DNA of 64,000 nt from Vicugna vicugna (lineage: Eukaryota): assembly GCA_013265495.1 (NCBI GenBank), contig MU058221.1, positions 3,162,001-3,226,000 of the forward strand, given 5' to 3'. Position 1 is the first letter of the stretch. Every line of letters starts with the position of its first letter. The notes beneath the pieces are model-generated. The model ran no database searches, was not told the origin of the DNA, and saw only the letters and a program-made list of their open reading frames with translations. The position numbers were made by a program, and so were the translations under genes. This document shows positions 52,086 to 64,000 of this stretch, in pieces.

Positions 52086-52600
52086 TGTGGGGTCCCCAGA
52101 CGTCGGGCAGATTCCTGCCCCAAGGCCCCTCAGGTGCCCAGCGGCTGCCCTTTGAAGGTAACAAAGAACTTTGCTTTCCTGACACACACCTGCCTTAGCT
52201 GAGATGATGGTCATCCGTACAGTGCTCGGGAGCCCGGCCCCCAGGACTGGTCACAGCCCCCTGCCAAAATCCCTAGCCCCGCCCTTTCACGAGCCCTTCC
52301 CTTCCCCGTCTCAGCATCAGCCAATCAAAGAATTGTGCACCAGATGACCACGCACCCTCTGACCCCTTTTGTGCCTGATGTCACGTAAGAGCAAGGAGTT
52401 AAAGTTACCCTCCCTTATAAAAGACCTCAGCAGCCGACCCTTGGGGCACACAGACACCTCTCCTCTGTGGCCCGCTGTGGCGTATAGACTAATAAACTCT
52501 GTTAGTGTCTTCCTCCTTGGTCTCTGGTCAATTCTGTTCCGCCGTGCCCTGGCTGGCCGAATCCCATGACAATATACCCTCGCTCCCGTCCCGTCCACCA
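52086..52600 (+). mobile_element. ERV1-class solo LTR
   Basis: TG…CA ends, 515 bp, with U3-R-U5 order: CCAAT 52321-52325, TATAAAA 52416-52422, AATAAA 52491-52496 followed by a T/GT-rich tract. No convincing TSD. Confidence 0.8.
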
Positions 52601-55041
52601 GTGGTTGTCATGCAAGTCCCTACCAGCGCTGCGCACTCACGTGAGAACCACTCATAAACCCCAGACGGGTCTCCCAGTGCTTCCCCGGCATGACGGCTTC
52701 ATCTTTCACGCACGACTGTCGGGAGTGTCTGGGGGAGCCGGTTCGCTTGCTGTGCAGCCCTGTCCCCTGCTTGAGTTACTGCCTTTGAAGACAGGATATT
52801 CGTATTTGCATTCTGCTACTGGAGAAGATAAACACATATTTTAACTTTTACAGGGAGAGCAAACTGAGCCATAAAATATACAAATAAATAATGTATATAT
52901 GCATGTATGTGTGTGTATGTGTTGTAGAAATTCAATAAACAGAAACTTCAATTAAATAAAGTTAGGAGACCAGAAAGGGGATGTCTCATGCCCCATGGGA
53001 CAGAGTCCAACACGAAGAAGAAAGATTCCCCTTCTCGCCCGGCCAGAGCTCCGGCAATGAGGTCTCGGCCAACGGAAGCCATGGGCTCTTGTTCACTGCA
53101 GTCTCCCAACGCCCTTCTCTCCATTTTGCTGGGACTTGCACGTGGCTCGCCGTGGGCGCAGACCCCGGATGCAGTTCTTTGCTGATCTGAATAATCTCAT
53201 TTTTGCTGGAGAAATAACTGGCCATCTGCTTGGTTTAGAGCAACTGTGTGTATAATACGTTGTTATGTTTGATGATTTTATGTTTCTTGACAATTTTGAA
53301 AATTTGCTCATTAGCTCTTCTGTTATTTAAAAAATACTTATTCAATCATTTTACTATTTAATAAACCAACTTTGATACTATTTTTAAAAAATATTCAGCA
53401 GTATGCAGAGAAGGCTGCTAGAACAGCTCACCACAATATTCCTTGTGCTCAGAGTCGATGACTGATTTTACCTGTTTTATTTGTATTGTGCAATACATGT
53501 TGAAGCACCATCCAATTATTTTTATGAACAACATGTATCATAAAAGGGAATGTGTGTGTAGATGCTGTGTCTGTATGTGTGTGTGCCTTCCAATATGGAC
53601 AGAGAAAGATCTTACATAAAACTGAGGGCATAACATCAAAATTACACAATGGGAAAGAATGCAAAACACTGCACGTTTAAGCTCTGAATAATTAGAAGTT
53701 ACATCTGCCTCCAGAGCATGCATTCCAGAGGGGCAAACCTCCTTGTTTTTTGTGTCCTCTGTCACTAGCTCAGGCACTTCAGAAATACTTGTTGCACGCT
53801 TAATTTCATGTCAGTCAAAAGCATTTCCACATGGCCACTGAATCAATGCTGTTTTATCTATCTAAGTCACTGAACAAACATTTTTAATGCCTTCAATATT
53901 CCATATACACTGGTGAGTACAAGATGATAAATTTACAAGGATCTGATAAGATCATTATATACACACTAAATTGAAATCAATGAATAAAATAACTGATATG
54001 GGATTTTGCGGTGTTTCAAAAATAATTAAGATTTTGATAAGTGGGAGATAAAATGCTGGGAAACAACTCAATGATGTTAAAGGCATTAAACAATTAAAGT
54101 GTATTGTTGGTTCAATGTATAGTCAGATTACTAGACTGCTGTTTGGAAATTAACTTAATCTGGATAACAGTAAGCTGTAACTTCCTGCCACGCACTACAA
54201 ACTGCCATCCTATCTTGAGACGTAGGTGAAAACGAACTCACCACTGGAGCAACACCAATCAAGAAACGGGAGACGAGAAGAGGAGGGGGGGATTTGCATC
54301 TTCAGAGAAGAGGCTGGAGAACTGAGGAGTCGGTGAGGGGGGCAGTGAAAGATGGATGCAGGGATGTGAAAAGCAAGGGAAAGAAGACGGAGCATCAGGG
54401 AAAGAAGTCAACAGGAGAAAAGAGCATGTCACTTGCAAGTTTCTACGTCAGCAGAGCACCGTGAGAAACAGGCTGAGCGTAGAAACTGGGGGTAGGGCGA
54501 GAAACTGGCGTCACGTAGATGCGAGCGGAGACAGTGGACTGAGGAATACCCAAGGGCAAGTTCTTTGTTAGAAACAGGAACCCTTAAATGTACGTTACAC
54601 GTGATGGGAAGAAAATAAGCCATCGGGGGAAATCGAAGACCAGATGGGAAGAGTAAGTGTTGAGCTGAGCTTTCAGAGATTGAGAAATAGGTAAGATACA
54701 TGAAATGTCCAAGTAGTGGACTTTTTTTTTTTTCAAAAAGGAGCACAGATGATTATTCTGAGATCAAGGGAAAGAAGTCGATATGACGGACGTCCTGAGG
54801 AACGCTGGGATGGAAAGAAGGGAAGTTGGTCTTTACGTCGGGAGTTGCAAGTGGTTTTAAATAGGATGCCAGTAAAGAGAGTCTGACCTTTCTGAGTTCT
54901 GAAGCTGCAGCTTGGAATAGTGGGCTTAGAACCCACAAGCCCTTTTGTGGTTTCTAGATCTACCCCCTTGCAAAAAGAGCTTACACACATTAGCTTCTTT
55001 TAATCTCACTTCTATTAAAAAAAATGAGAAAGAGGTGGGGA

Positions 55042-55190
55042 GGGGAGGGTACAGCTCAAGTGGCAGAGCCATGCTCAGCACACACAGGGTCCTGGGTTCA
55101 ATCCCCAGTACCTCCCCTAAAATTAAATAAATAAGGAAACCTAATTGCCTCCCCACCAAAAAAAATGTTTTTAGTAAAATAAATTACATT
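55042..55190 (+). mobile_element. tRNA-derived SINE (camelid type)
   Basis: GGGGAGGGTACAGCTCAAGTGGCAGAG (A box), GGTTCAATCCC (B box, 55095-55105) and an AT-rich tail; degenerate TSD GAGAAAGAGGTGGGGA / GAGAGAGAGGTTGTGA. Confidence 0.9.
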
Positions 55191-55206
55191 AGAGAGAGAG
55201 AGAGGT

Positions 55207-55585
55207 TGTGATGGATGTAGAGACAGGCTGCTCAATTTTCCTTCAAAGAAAGACTTGTTGCCCTGCTTGGGGTAGTGGTATCTGCAGGCAGCTGTCAGCC
55301 TCTTCAGAGACGGCCTTGGCCGTCACCTGACCCAAGGCCACGTCCTGCTGGGGACAGCTCTGTGTGACTGATGGAAATGAAAGCCAAGACGAGGCACCTC
55401 CGACGGGACGCTTCAGCTCCGGCGCCCCCTGGGGGTTGCCCCAAGTTGCTGCTGGGGGCTTCTGTGCACCTGGGCTCCCCTCTCGCCCAACCCTGCTGCC
55501 TCCGCCCCTCTGAGCTGCGTTTATCCTACCAATGTCTGTCTTTTAAACTCTGCCTCAGAGTCACTTTTGGAAAACTTGACTTGTC
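55207..55585 (+). mobile_element. LTR16-like ERVL LTR
   Basis: tgtgatggatg…gcagctgtcagcctcttcag…cccaaggccacgtcc…ttcagctcc…ctcccctctcgcccaaccctgct…aaactctgcctcagagtc. Confidence 0.7.
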
Positions 55586-57416
55586 CCCGAGGTTGCTGTG
55601 CAAACCCAAAGAGGAAGGGGTGAATCTGAGCTTGTTTTAAACTGGGTAGGAGCTTGCAGGTCCTATGGGTTACGTTTCATTTACAGCTCTTAGGCCATAA
55701 AGAAGCGGGAACCCTTCTTCTGAATATTCTAAAGTAATTCACCTTCACTAAGCATTTTCTGGAGCTATTTTTGCAATATCTACTTTGTCATGTGCTCCTG
55801 GTCTTTCAGTGATTTTCCTGAGTATGAATGAGCTTTGCGGGGCTTCCTACGCCTTCACTCTTCGACCACAGTTTGCAAAGGTGAGAGGGCATGACCGGTG
55901 CCGGTGGTCGCGCTTTAGGGGCAGGCTGGGGTTGTAATCAGAGGTCCGGCTTTGCTGAGGGTTAGAAATCACGCTGTGTCCGGGGTTTAGAGCTGTCCTG
56001 AGACGTCAGGAATCAGTTTATAGCTAGATTGATGGGGGACGCCTGTGTCCAAGGAGAAATGGGAGGCACAAAAGGGAGCCTGACCCAAGAAATGTCACTG
56101 ACTTCACCCTCTCCGGAAGGAAGCGGTGGGGAGCCCAGCCACGCAGCCCCCCGCACTGGCTGCCACGCCAGCTCGGCTTAAGCTGCAGGTGTCACGACGA
56201 GGCGAGCCTGCTTTCTTTCTTTCACTCCTCCTGCTAAAGATCTGTTGTCGATAGCGGTGCACGCAGGTGACAGCTCTCCTGCAGTGAACGGAGATTCACA
56301 GCTGACAGCAAACCATTGCAGAGACTGAGTTCACACCAGCAGAGTTGTCACTGCACCCCACAGACCAGCAGTCCAGCCCGACAGTGTCCTCCAGAGTAGA
56401 ACGGGCTCCCATTCGGGCGCCGGGGTGTGATGAAAGGGCAGGGAGCCGTTGCTTTGTCAATATTTCTCAGTGGGTTTACTCTGGATTGCTACGACCTGCC
56501 TCCGCTTTATAAATCATCTCAAAAGTTAACTTTTGAGTTCCTGCTGAAATACGTCTCTGCTGGGAACGATCTGCCCCCGACAGAAGAGTTAACACAAAGC
56601 GTTTTTCTTCCATCTTTGATCAGGATAACCTTGCTTCTTTTTGACGTTTCCCACTATTGTGCTTGGTCCGATTTTACCATATGGAGAAAGGACTTGAGAC
56701 AAACAACAGCTTAGGTAATGAACGTCATGGACTAAAGACAATCATTTAGTCTTGGGTGACTTGTCCATGAGAGCTGTCTGTACAGATTAAATGAACCAGC
56801 GACTTGACTTTACTACCCCTAGAGATGAAAGCTTGAACTACGTGTAAGGAATGGCAGAACAACTTGTCAAATGAGTGAATTTAGTTAATTTACTGAGGGA
56901 GAAGTCAGCAAAACACATCTATTTGATCTGCTGAGGAGGTCCAGGGGTCCTGTTAAAACTAAATCTGAATGGGCCTGAAATTCTTAGTAATGGATGTAAA
57001 TCTTTGCATGATTCTGGGCAATGAAAATCTAAAACCTTACCCACACACGTAGCGCTTTCTTTTTTCTATTTTCAACATCATTTGGCTGACTATGTCACAA
57101 ACATTTCCCTACTAAATGTTTAATTATGCACATATTTATACGGAATAAAACTAACAAATTAGAAATGAGTACACCGTGAAAACTGTGAAAATTAAATCTC
57201 GCTCCTGTTCCTGGCCTGGGTCACACAGTATTCCCAGCGAAGGGACCGGCACTGTTCAGAGCGATCCTGTTAATACACAAATTAACACAGCGCACATATG
57301 CAGGCATGTTTTGTTTTTCTTTATACAAATAACAGCACACTCTACTTCCTATTCTGAATCTAATTTTTTTAATTCACAAACTATGTTTGACACAAAATTA
57401 AAAAAAATGTAAATGC

Positions 57417-58097
57417 TGTTATACCTTCCGAATGGAGGTGCTGCCGGTGGATGTGACTTGTGTCCAGGTTCTTGTTCCGTCCCAGAAAGAACTCAGAGAT
57501 GAGATGCAGAGGTTAAGAAAGTAATGTGAGGATTTATTAAGGGATGGACAGCACACCCTCAAGGGGAGAGCGGGCAGGCTCAGGGGAGCGGCTGCCCTGT
57601 GTTTCTTTGGCAAGTTGGTTATTACATAGGGTGTAAAAATGAAAGGGCAGAATATTCATTGGGGAGCAAAGAGTTTGGGGTCATATTCCCTGATTATCAT
57701 CCCAATTCCACCTTCCCAAGGGGAAGAGGGATTTTTGTCCTTACTTAGTCTGGATCAGAAGTGTCATGGTGTCCGTGTATGATGGGTACCTCTAATCCGC
57801 AAGGCTAATTTTACTGAGATGAAGGCATAATGGACAAAAGGTTACATTCAGACACTGGAGATTCCTGCCTTTTCCCACCTTTCTTTGTCAGCCTCCAGGC
57901 CACTCATCACCCCAAAAGGTGTGGCCCCTTGTCAGCCCAGAGGTTCTTGCTTTTCTTTCTCTGCCCAGGGACCCGTGGTGCTCACATGATGTGTGGTTTC
58001 CTGCATTTGGCCTGTGCCCCGCCTTTCTGCCCAGGTCCTGCCCTGTGGCCTGCGTCCCCGTCTGTCTGCTCAGGTCTAGCTGTCTGCTGCTCTGACA
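57417..58097 (-). mobile_element. ERV1-class solo LTR
   Basis: TG…CA ends, about 680 bp. On the minus strand: CCAAT (57658-57662), a TA-rich element near 57620 and AATAAA (57533-57538), in U3-R order. No TSD seen. Confidence 0.75.
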
Positions 58098-58589
58098 GTC
58101 ACACCCACACAGGGTCAAACTGTTGGAAAGAGCATTGTGAATGGGAAGCCATGCTCTTCTGGCTCGAGGTGTGCTAACCACAGCGCAGACCTGAAAACTA
58201 CATAAGAAGGGCGTTCCGCTAGCAAACTACTGACTAAGATACAATTTACCTTCAGTGCCCAAAGTAGCGACACCAGAAGGTGGTAGACAGGTGCTGGACG
58301 GAACTCCAGGGCAAGGAAACATTGTGACATCAAGACAACAGCGAAGTTAAATGTTCAGGCAGAAGAAAGAGCTTGCTCATGACTGGCAAGGATTTAAGAA
58401 AAATTCAGAGATCAACAATCTGGCACTGGGATTAGGGTTACAGCGCTAGCCAGGCTAAGACTGGGGCCAGATTCTAGGCTCCGCAGACATTTTAAATGAG
58501 AGGGCTCCAGGCCATATCTACTAAACAGACTGCGTGTATTCCAAGAGAGTTCTGTAAAGAGGCTATAAGTCAGTGATTAAGCAACCATC

Positions 58590-59260
58590 TCTATTAGTCA
58601 GCATTTGCATTCAGCTTCATACAGTAGAAAGTGTCAACACCGCAGACTTAAACAAGAGGGTCACCATTTCTACACTCAGATAACAAAACGGTTGGGAAGT
58701 AAATGACACAGGACTGGTGTTCATGGCTCAAGTGTGTAGTTGCTAAGGTGACTGCAGTGCCCATGGGACTCCTTTTGGTGATTATTCAAGAGACGTGGCA
58801 GAAACCCACAGTGATGTCCGACCTTCCCAACCCCCCGTGTGGCTTGGCCGTGGAACTGATCAGAGCAGACACCTGGCCCATCCAAATGGCTCCTGGGCAT
58901 CAACAGCCAGCACAGCTGAACTGGGAGACAACAGCTGAGTACTGGTTCTGGTGGCAACTCAAACTGAATACCAGGGCTTCTGGCAGAAAGGAAGGGGAGG
59001 GGAAACAACGAAACGGTATGTGTTAACGGATCAGCACTCATTTAATTTTTTTTTCCCCAAAAAACCTACGTTGTGACTTCTGTTTGTATCTTATAGGTCA
59101 GATTTTGTGACATCCCCAAATCCAGCTGCAAGAGCGTCTAGGAAATATAGGACCGTTTTTTGTTTGTTTGTTTTTAATTCTTTGTTTGCTTGCTTGCCTG
59201 TTTACCAAGTTGGGCGCATCGCTGCTTGCCACAGAATCAAAGTTCTCCTAAAAAATGAAG
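58590..59260 (-). mobile_element. old MaLR LTR (MLT1J/K/L-like)
   Basis: tattagtcagc…cagcttcatac…gacttaaacaag…gacttctgtttgtatcttataggtcagattttgtgacatcccc…agctgcaagag…. Confidence 0.55.
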
Positions 59261-61225
59261 AAACAGGGGAATGGACACTGGGTAAACACTTCTGCAATCT
59301 GGTCCTTTCTTCTTCCTCTGATGACTACACCAGGGACAGCCATCTTTATTCAATAACAAAAAACACAGGAATCTCAGACTCCAGCCCCGCTTCCCTCGGG
59401 TCACTGAATCAATGCCAGCAGCCACTCGCATGTAGCCTTAGAGCAACATAAAAATAAAAACCGCAGTTAATCACTACTATTTGATTTGTCTACGACACGC
59501 AGCAGAACACATCCCTAAGTAACACGTATGCTGCCCAAGGGTTTTGTCCACCTCCAGCGTGTAAAGTGTGACCTGACTCCACTGATCAGAATAATGCTAG
59601 GCTGGGTTCTCACTGTCCCAGGAACCAGGGCTTTGATTGTTGGCTTCAGGTGACGCTTGAAGAGGCAGAGGCTGAAAACAAAGTGTGGACCTTGGCACTG
59701 CGGCACACCCCACAATCAGAGACCCGAAACTGAAACCAAAGAGCTTCCACTGCTTCGAGGAAAAGGAACGTGGGCTCAAACAATTGAAGTAAAATACGAA
59801 CTCCCCAAGCTCCAATCAATAACTCATCAAAGATGCAAATGTACTGCTATAGTTGGCGTATCGGTCTAGCCAAGAGAATATGGCGTTTCTCCAGGAAAAA
59901 GGACATTTAAAAGTCAGAGGGAAATTCATGTTGGAGACTTAGTCGCAGAGAAACTGGGATTCAGCGGAAGAAATCCAGCCATTGAGAGAGTTTAGCTTAC
60001 AGGGCGGAAGTTCAAATGACTGAGTCCAAGATAGGAAATCTCTCTACGGGAGAGGCCCACAGAACAAAACGTACTAAAAAATTGGGGGACTGTCACAGAA
60101 CCCAGGCAGTGCGGACGGAGATACAAGGTTATAGGATTTAATACTAAACTCTTAAGCTGACACAGTACAACACCTTAAAATCCTTCCTGACTGGCTCAAG
60201 AATTTGGGAGAGGACAGAAATAAACCTTGCAACGGAGGTTAAGTGTCTAAGTGATGTGAATGGGAGCAACTGGGCGTGCAAAATCCGAGCAGGTCATTAC
60301 AGCGCGGGCATCATTTCGTGACTTTGAAGATCTTCCAATACAGCGTAACCAAGCATTTTATAAACGCCCACAAGTTCTATTTTAGGTCAGCACAGGCAGC
60401 GGTGGTATGCCAACTGAAAGATGCAGGAGTTCACATAAGTATGAGAGACCTTAATGGGAACGTGCTGTACAGCATCGTCATTATCACTGAATTTCAACTT
60501 AATTCGATTTTAATACCATTTTAACAGTATTCATTAAGGCGAGTGAAACAGTCGAAATTGAACCCGTTAAGGTTTAAGAATTAATAACAGCAACAAACAT
60601 AGGTCGAAAAAGGGTATGTCACAGGCTCTGTTTTTATGCCTCTGTTTTAAAGGAGTAATAGAAATTATTGGGACTCAGGAAGGGTAAAAAGATACAGAAA
60701 TTTTACTTTGGTTAGAAAGAGACCGATGGAAACAAACAGGAGCTAGAATTAATGTGTGTCACCTCCCACCTCTGCAGTTTTAGACTTCTCTCTCCTGAAC
60801 ATCCTTTTTTAAAAAATGAAAATGACCTTGACAGTTTCGCACTTTAAATTATCACCCACTAATCGATCTGTGTGAACAAGTACAACGATCCAATTCAGCA
60901 AGCGTGTATTTTAACACTACGACGTCAACCAGGTACAGGAGCCCACCCAAGACCTTCGTGGCAGGCTGACACCTAAGGTCAGCTAGGACAGCCACCGAGG
61001 ATAGCCATCTGGTATTAAAGCCTTTCCTTCTGTGTGTGGCCGGGGCCAAGCGACTCATCTTTAACCAACAGAAGGTGGCCAAGGTCATGGGGATGAGGTT
61101 ACAAAAGCCACGAGTCTGTGTCATTTTCAGCAGGCCATGCCAATTCTACGTTTCCATGTCCTCCTGGGGACACGTGAAAAATAAAATAAATGACCTTTAA
61201 TGAAAACGAATGTGAACGCTAACCT

Positions 61226-61328
61226 ACGCACATAGATGCAGGACTGGGACACTGCGCTGTGCACCAGAAACTGACACGCTGCAACTGACTATGCTTCCAG
61301 TAAGTAAATAAATACATAAAAATAAATG
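61226..61328 (+). mobile_element. short L1 3' end, GC-shifted
   Basis: Gapless homology to 30508-30573, followed by a (TAAA)n tail. Confidence 0.85.
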
Positions 61329-62299
61329 CATGCGAAGTGCCTAGTGCGTAAACGTGAATTACTTTCCTTCCTCATTTCCGCAATCCTCAATGAATTATTC
61401 TGAAGGAAATGCTTAACGGCGAGAGAAAGGGAAAAAAAAATGTAGCTCGACAGGATTTCTGAAGGGAACTCACCGTTCTCCTGAGCAATTTATCCGTCAG
61501 AAGAAAGAGCTGTCTTCACCGCATTCTTCCACTCTAAGAGGTGGTTGCCCTCTGGGAGATGCGGGGATGAAAGGAACGTACCTTCCTGTTCACCTGCCCC
61601 GGACGGCGCACTGCTGTCTGGCGGGTGCTTCCCTGGCAGCAGAAGAATGGCTGCCGTGGCAAGGGTGCGCGGGACTCCGGGTGCACGAGGCCTCCTCCTT
61701 CCCTTTAGCAGTCGGCAGCAGTCCTGGGTTTGGCAGAACCTTTAAGCAGACAAGACATCGATGTGGAGCTGCATGAATGCCAGAGGAACCAAGCTCAAAG
61801 CACACCTTCAACCTGTAGTCTTCTAAGTTCAGGCAGAAAGCGGGGAGCTGTGGACAGACGTTGCGTCAACACTAAATCAGTGACGTCAATCACCCATTAT
61901 TCAGTTAAACTGATGCTTGAGACTTGGGAAAACCAGCAGAAACGCCCTGCATTTGGAGTCAAGGTATTGATTTAAGTGCCTTGGAGTAAAGAGGTCGTGG
62001 AAGACAGGTCAGTCAACCCATGAAAGACACGCCTGTACCTTCTAACTAATACACGGCCACGTGGCTCCACCATTTCCAGGGCCAGGGGCTCTCTCTTGGT
62101 ATAAACAGTCCATTCCACTGTTGCACAGCTTTAGCACTATTTCTCAGTTTCATGGAAACCTGCTTCCTTTTACCTTCCAGGCAGATGAGCAACGCAAACG
62201 TGACATCCTTGGTGATGCTGGATTGGGAGGTGGGTGTAAGTGTGGCAGAGAAAGCCTGTTCATATTGGATCTGTGTTGCTCATGAATTTTTTTGGTTGT

Positions 62300-63305
62300 T
62301 AGTTTCCATCATGGTCCCATTTATTACATGATGTTATTAGACACCAAAATCTGGTGCTACTGGTGCTCATTCCCACTGGGGTATCATTACTTCTAAGCTC
62401 TATCAGCTGACAGAGCATGGAAAAAATATACGTGTATATACGAACACTTGTATGCATTCGTATTTCTGTAACAGCGATCTGCATCTGTATTAAGCTAAAA
62501 ATGAGTCTGTACTGATTTCTCAAATTCTAATCCGTCACCACAACCTCCCCCCTTTGCTTATCTGTACCCTTCCCCTACGACAGTGAACAACTTGCCTACC
62601 ACAGTTGCCATCCATTTACTTGATTTTTCATTTCTGTGATGCATGTTTAATTGTTAACCCGCATCCCCTTGTATACACAATTTGATCAACTGGCGTACAG
62701 AGTCCCATGCACTTAAGTAAAGTGACGTTTGCCTCTAGTTTTATAGATTCCACTTTCCAAGGTTACTTAGGTCAGCAGCCTCTTCCCTATTCCCTCCAAG
62801 GAGGTTCTTCCATACATTTATAATACAGTTATATTATTTTTTCACCTTCTTAATTCCACCAGGGTTTTCCACCACACTTCTAAATTTGACTATGTTAAGT
62901 TTCTTTTTTTTTTTTTGGTGTAAAGTTCAATGGGTTTTGACAAATATACAATGGAACATATTCACAATTATGGTTTCTCCACCCTAAACAATCCACCATG
63001 ATTTAGCAAGCCAACCCTGCCTATCTTCCTCTTAAAATCTGGCAACTGCTAATACTTTTTTACTGTTTCTATAGCTTCGTCTTTTCCGGAATGTCATATA
63101 ATTGGAATTATATTGTATGTAGTCTTTCAGACTGGCTTCTTTAACTTAGCAATATACATATTAGATTGAACCACATCCTTATGGCTTGATAGCTCATTTC
63201 TTTTCATCGCTGCATGGTATTCCATTGTATAGAGGTACTATGGTTATCTCATCCATTCACCTTTGAAGGACATTTTAATTGCTTCCAATTGTTTCTGACT
63301 TTAAA
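62300..63305 (-). mobile_element. L1MC/L1MD-like 3' UTR
   Basis: ttagacaccaaaatctggtgctactggtgctcatt…tgtaaagttcaatgggttttgacaaat…cagactggcttctttaacttagcaatat…catggtattccattgtat. Confidence 0.8.
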
Positions 63306-63384
63306 GTTTTTTTCTCACCTTAGTTACCATCTGAACTGACTTAGATACTTTCCCTCCCACTTTTTGCCTGGGACTCTCTTAATA

Positions 63385-63650
63385 TTGTTCCAGTCTCAGC
63401 TTAAATGTCATTTCTTTATGGAAACTTTTCTTCACATTTACAGTATATCCCATTTAATTCTTTCTTATAATTTATTTTTTGGAACCTTAGCAGTACCTAC
63501 TGCTATTTGCACGCCACACTGTTGGCTGACTTTAACATTTCTCCCTTGCATGACTGTAGTCTCATTCTGATTGATTCAGCTCTGTATCCCCAGCACCTAC
63601 TAATGGTTTGGCACATAGTAGGTTCACAATATGTGTTTGTTGAACAAATC
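63385..63650 (+). mobile_element. L2 3' end
   Basis: tctcagcttaaatgtca…ctgtatccccagcacct…tggcacatagtaggttcacaatatgtgtttgttgaa. Confidence 0.75.
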
Positions 63651-63684
63651 TGTTAGTCAACCACCTCAGTAACTGACATAGATG

Positions 63685-63800
63685 TTCACTTTTTACTGGG
63701 AAACTGAGAGTAGGCCAAGTTAATAGATTTGCTCAAATTTATATCGATAAGAGTAGAGCTGAGATTTAAGCTAAGACATCCTGATGTGAACGCAGACGTC
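63685..63800 (-). mobile_element. MIR fragment
   Basis: gggaaactgagagtaggccaagttaatagatttgctcaa…agtagagctgagatttaagc. Confidence 0.55.
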
Positions 63801-64000
63801 CCTCCCCTTAGTGGTGCTGAAGTTAAGATGCTGCCCAGAGGAAGACGGTGTGGCCCAGCTCAGAAGGGCGCTATCTCGGAAAACAACCGCCTTGCGCACA
63901 TGGAGGTAAAAATGATCTAATCAAAATCTTAAAGAACTTAATAAACTCTTCTAAAGTTTACGTAATTTTTAATTATTAATGAATTTTAGGTTAAGAGGAA

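Noticed and set aside
55042..55115. tRNA gene (also 44680-44750)
   Set aside because: A and B boxes are present, but the AT-rich tail, TSDs and degenerate stems indicate a tRNA-derived SINE.
61881..61888. Perfect CRE (TGACGTCA)
   Set aside because: An isolated 8-mer is expected about once per window of this size by chance, and there is no supporting promoter context.
1..64000. CRISPR array, operon or other novel multi-gene system
   Set aside because: This is mammalian repeat-rich DNA with no repeat-spacer periodicity and no credible intact coding genes.

Overview
This is repeat-rich mammalian DNA, either intergenic or deep intronic. It is most likely camelid, inferred from the tRNA-derived SINE and young L1 3' ends. 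I cannot support any intact protein-coding gene, RNA gene or CRISPR array; the ORF track reflects chance ORFs, repeat remnants and low-complexity translations. The window is a mosaic of old eutherian repeats (MLT1, LTR16/ERVL, MER21, MER20, MER102, MIR, L2, L1M) and younger lineage-specific elements (5'-truncated L1 tails, tRNA SINEs, three ERV1-like solo LTRs). The most informative observations are: (1) a CCT6A processed pseudogene with a precise twin-priming 5' inversion, junction microhomologies and a target-site duplication (TSD); (2) strongly AT-to-GC biased substitutions in neutral sequence (the pseudogene and one L1 tail), consistent with GC-biased gene conversion; (3) two L1 insertions at essentially the same target site; (4) a near-perfect 204/205-bp tandem duplication. 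I found no evidence of a new multi-gene biological system. Repeat family names come from recall of consensus sequences, not from a database search, and boundaries of old repeats are approximate.
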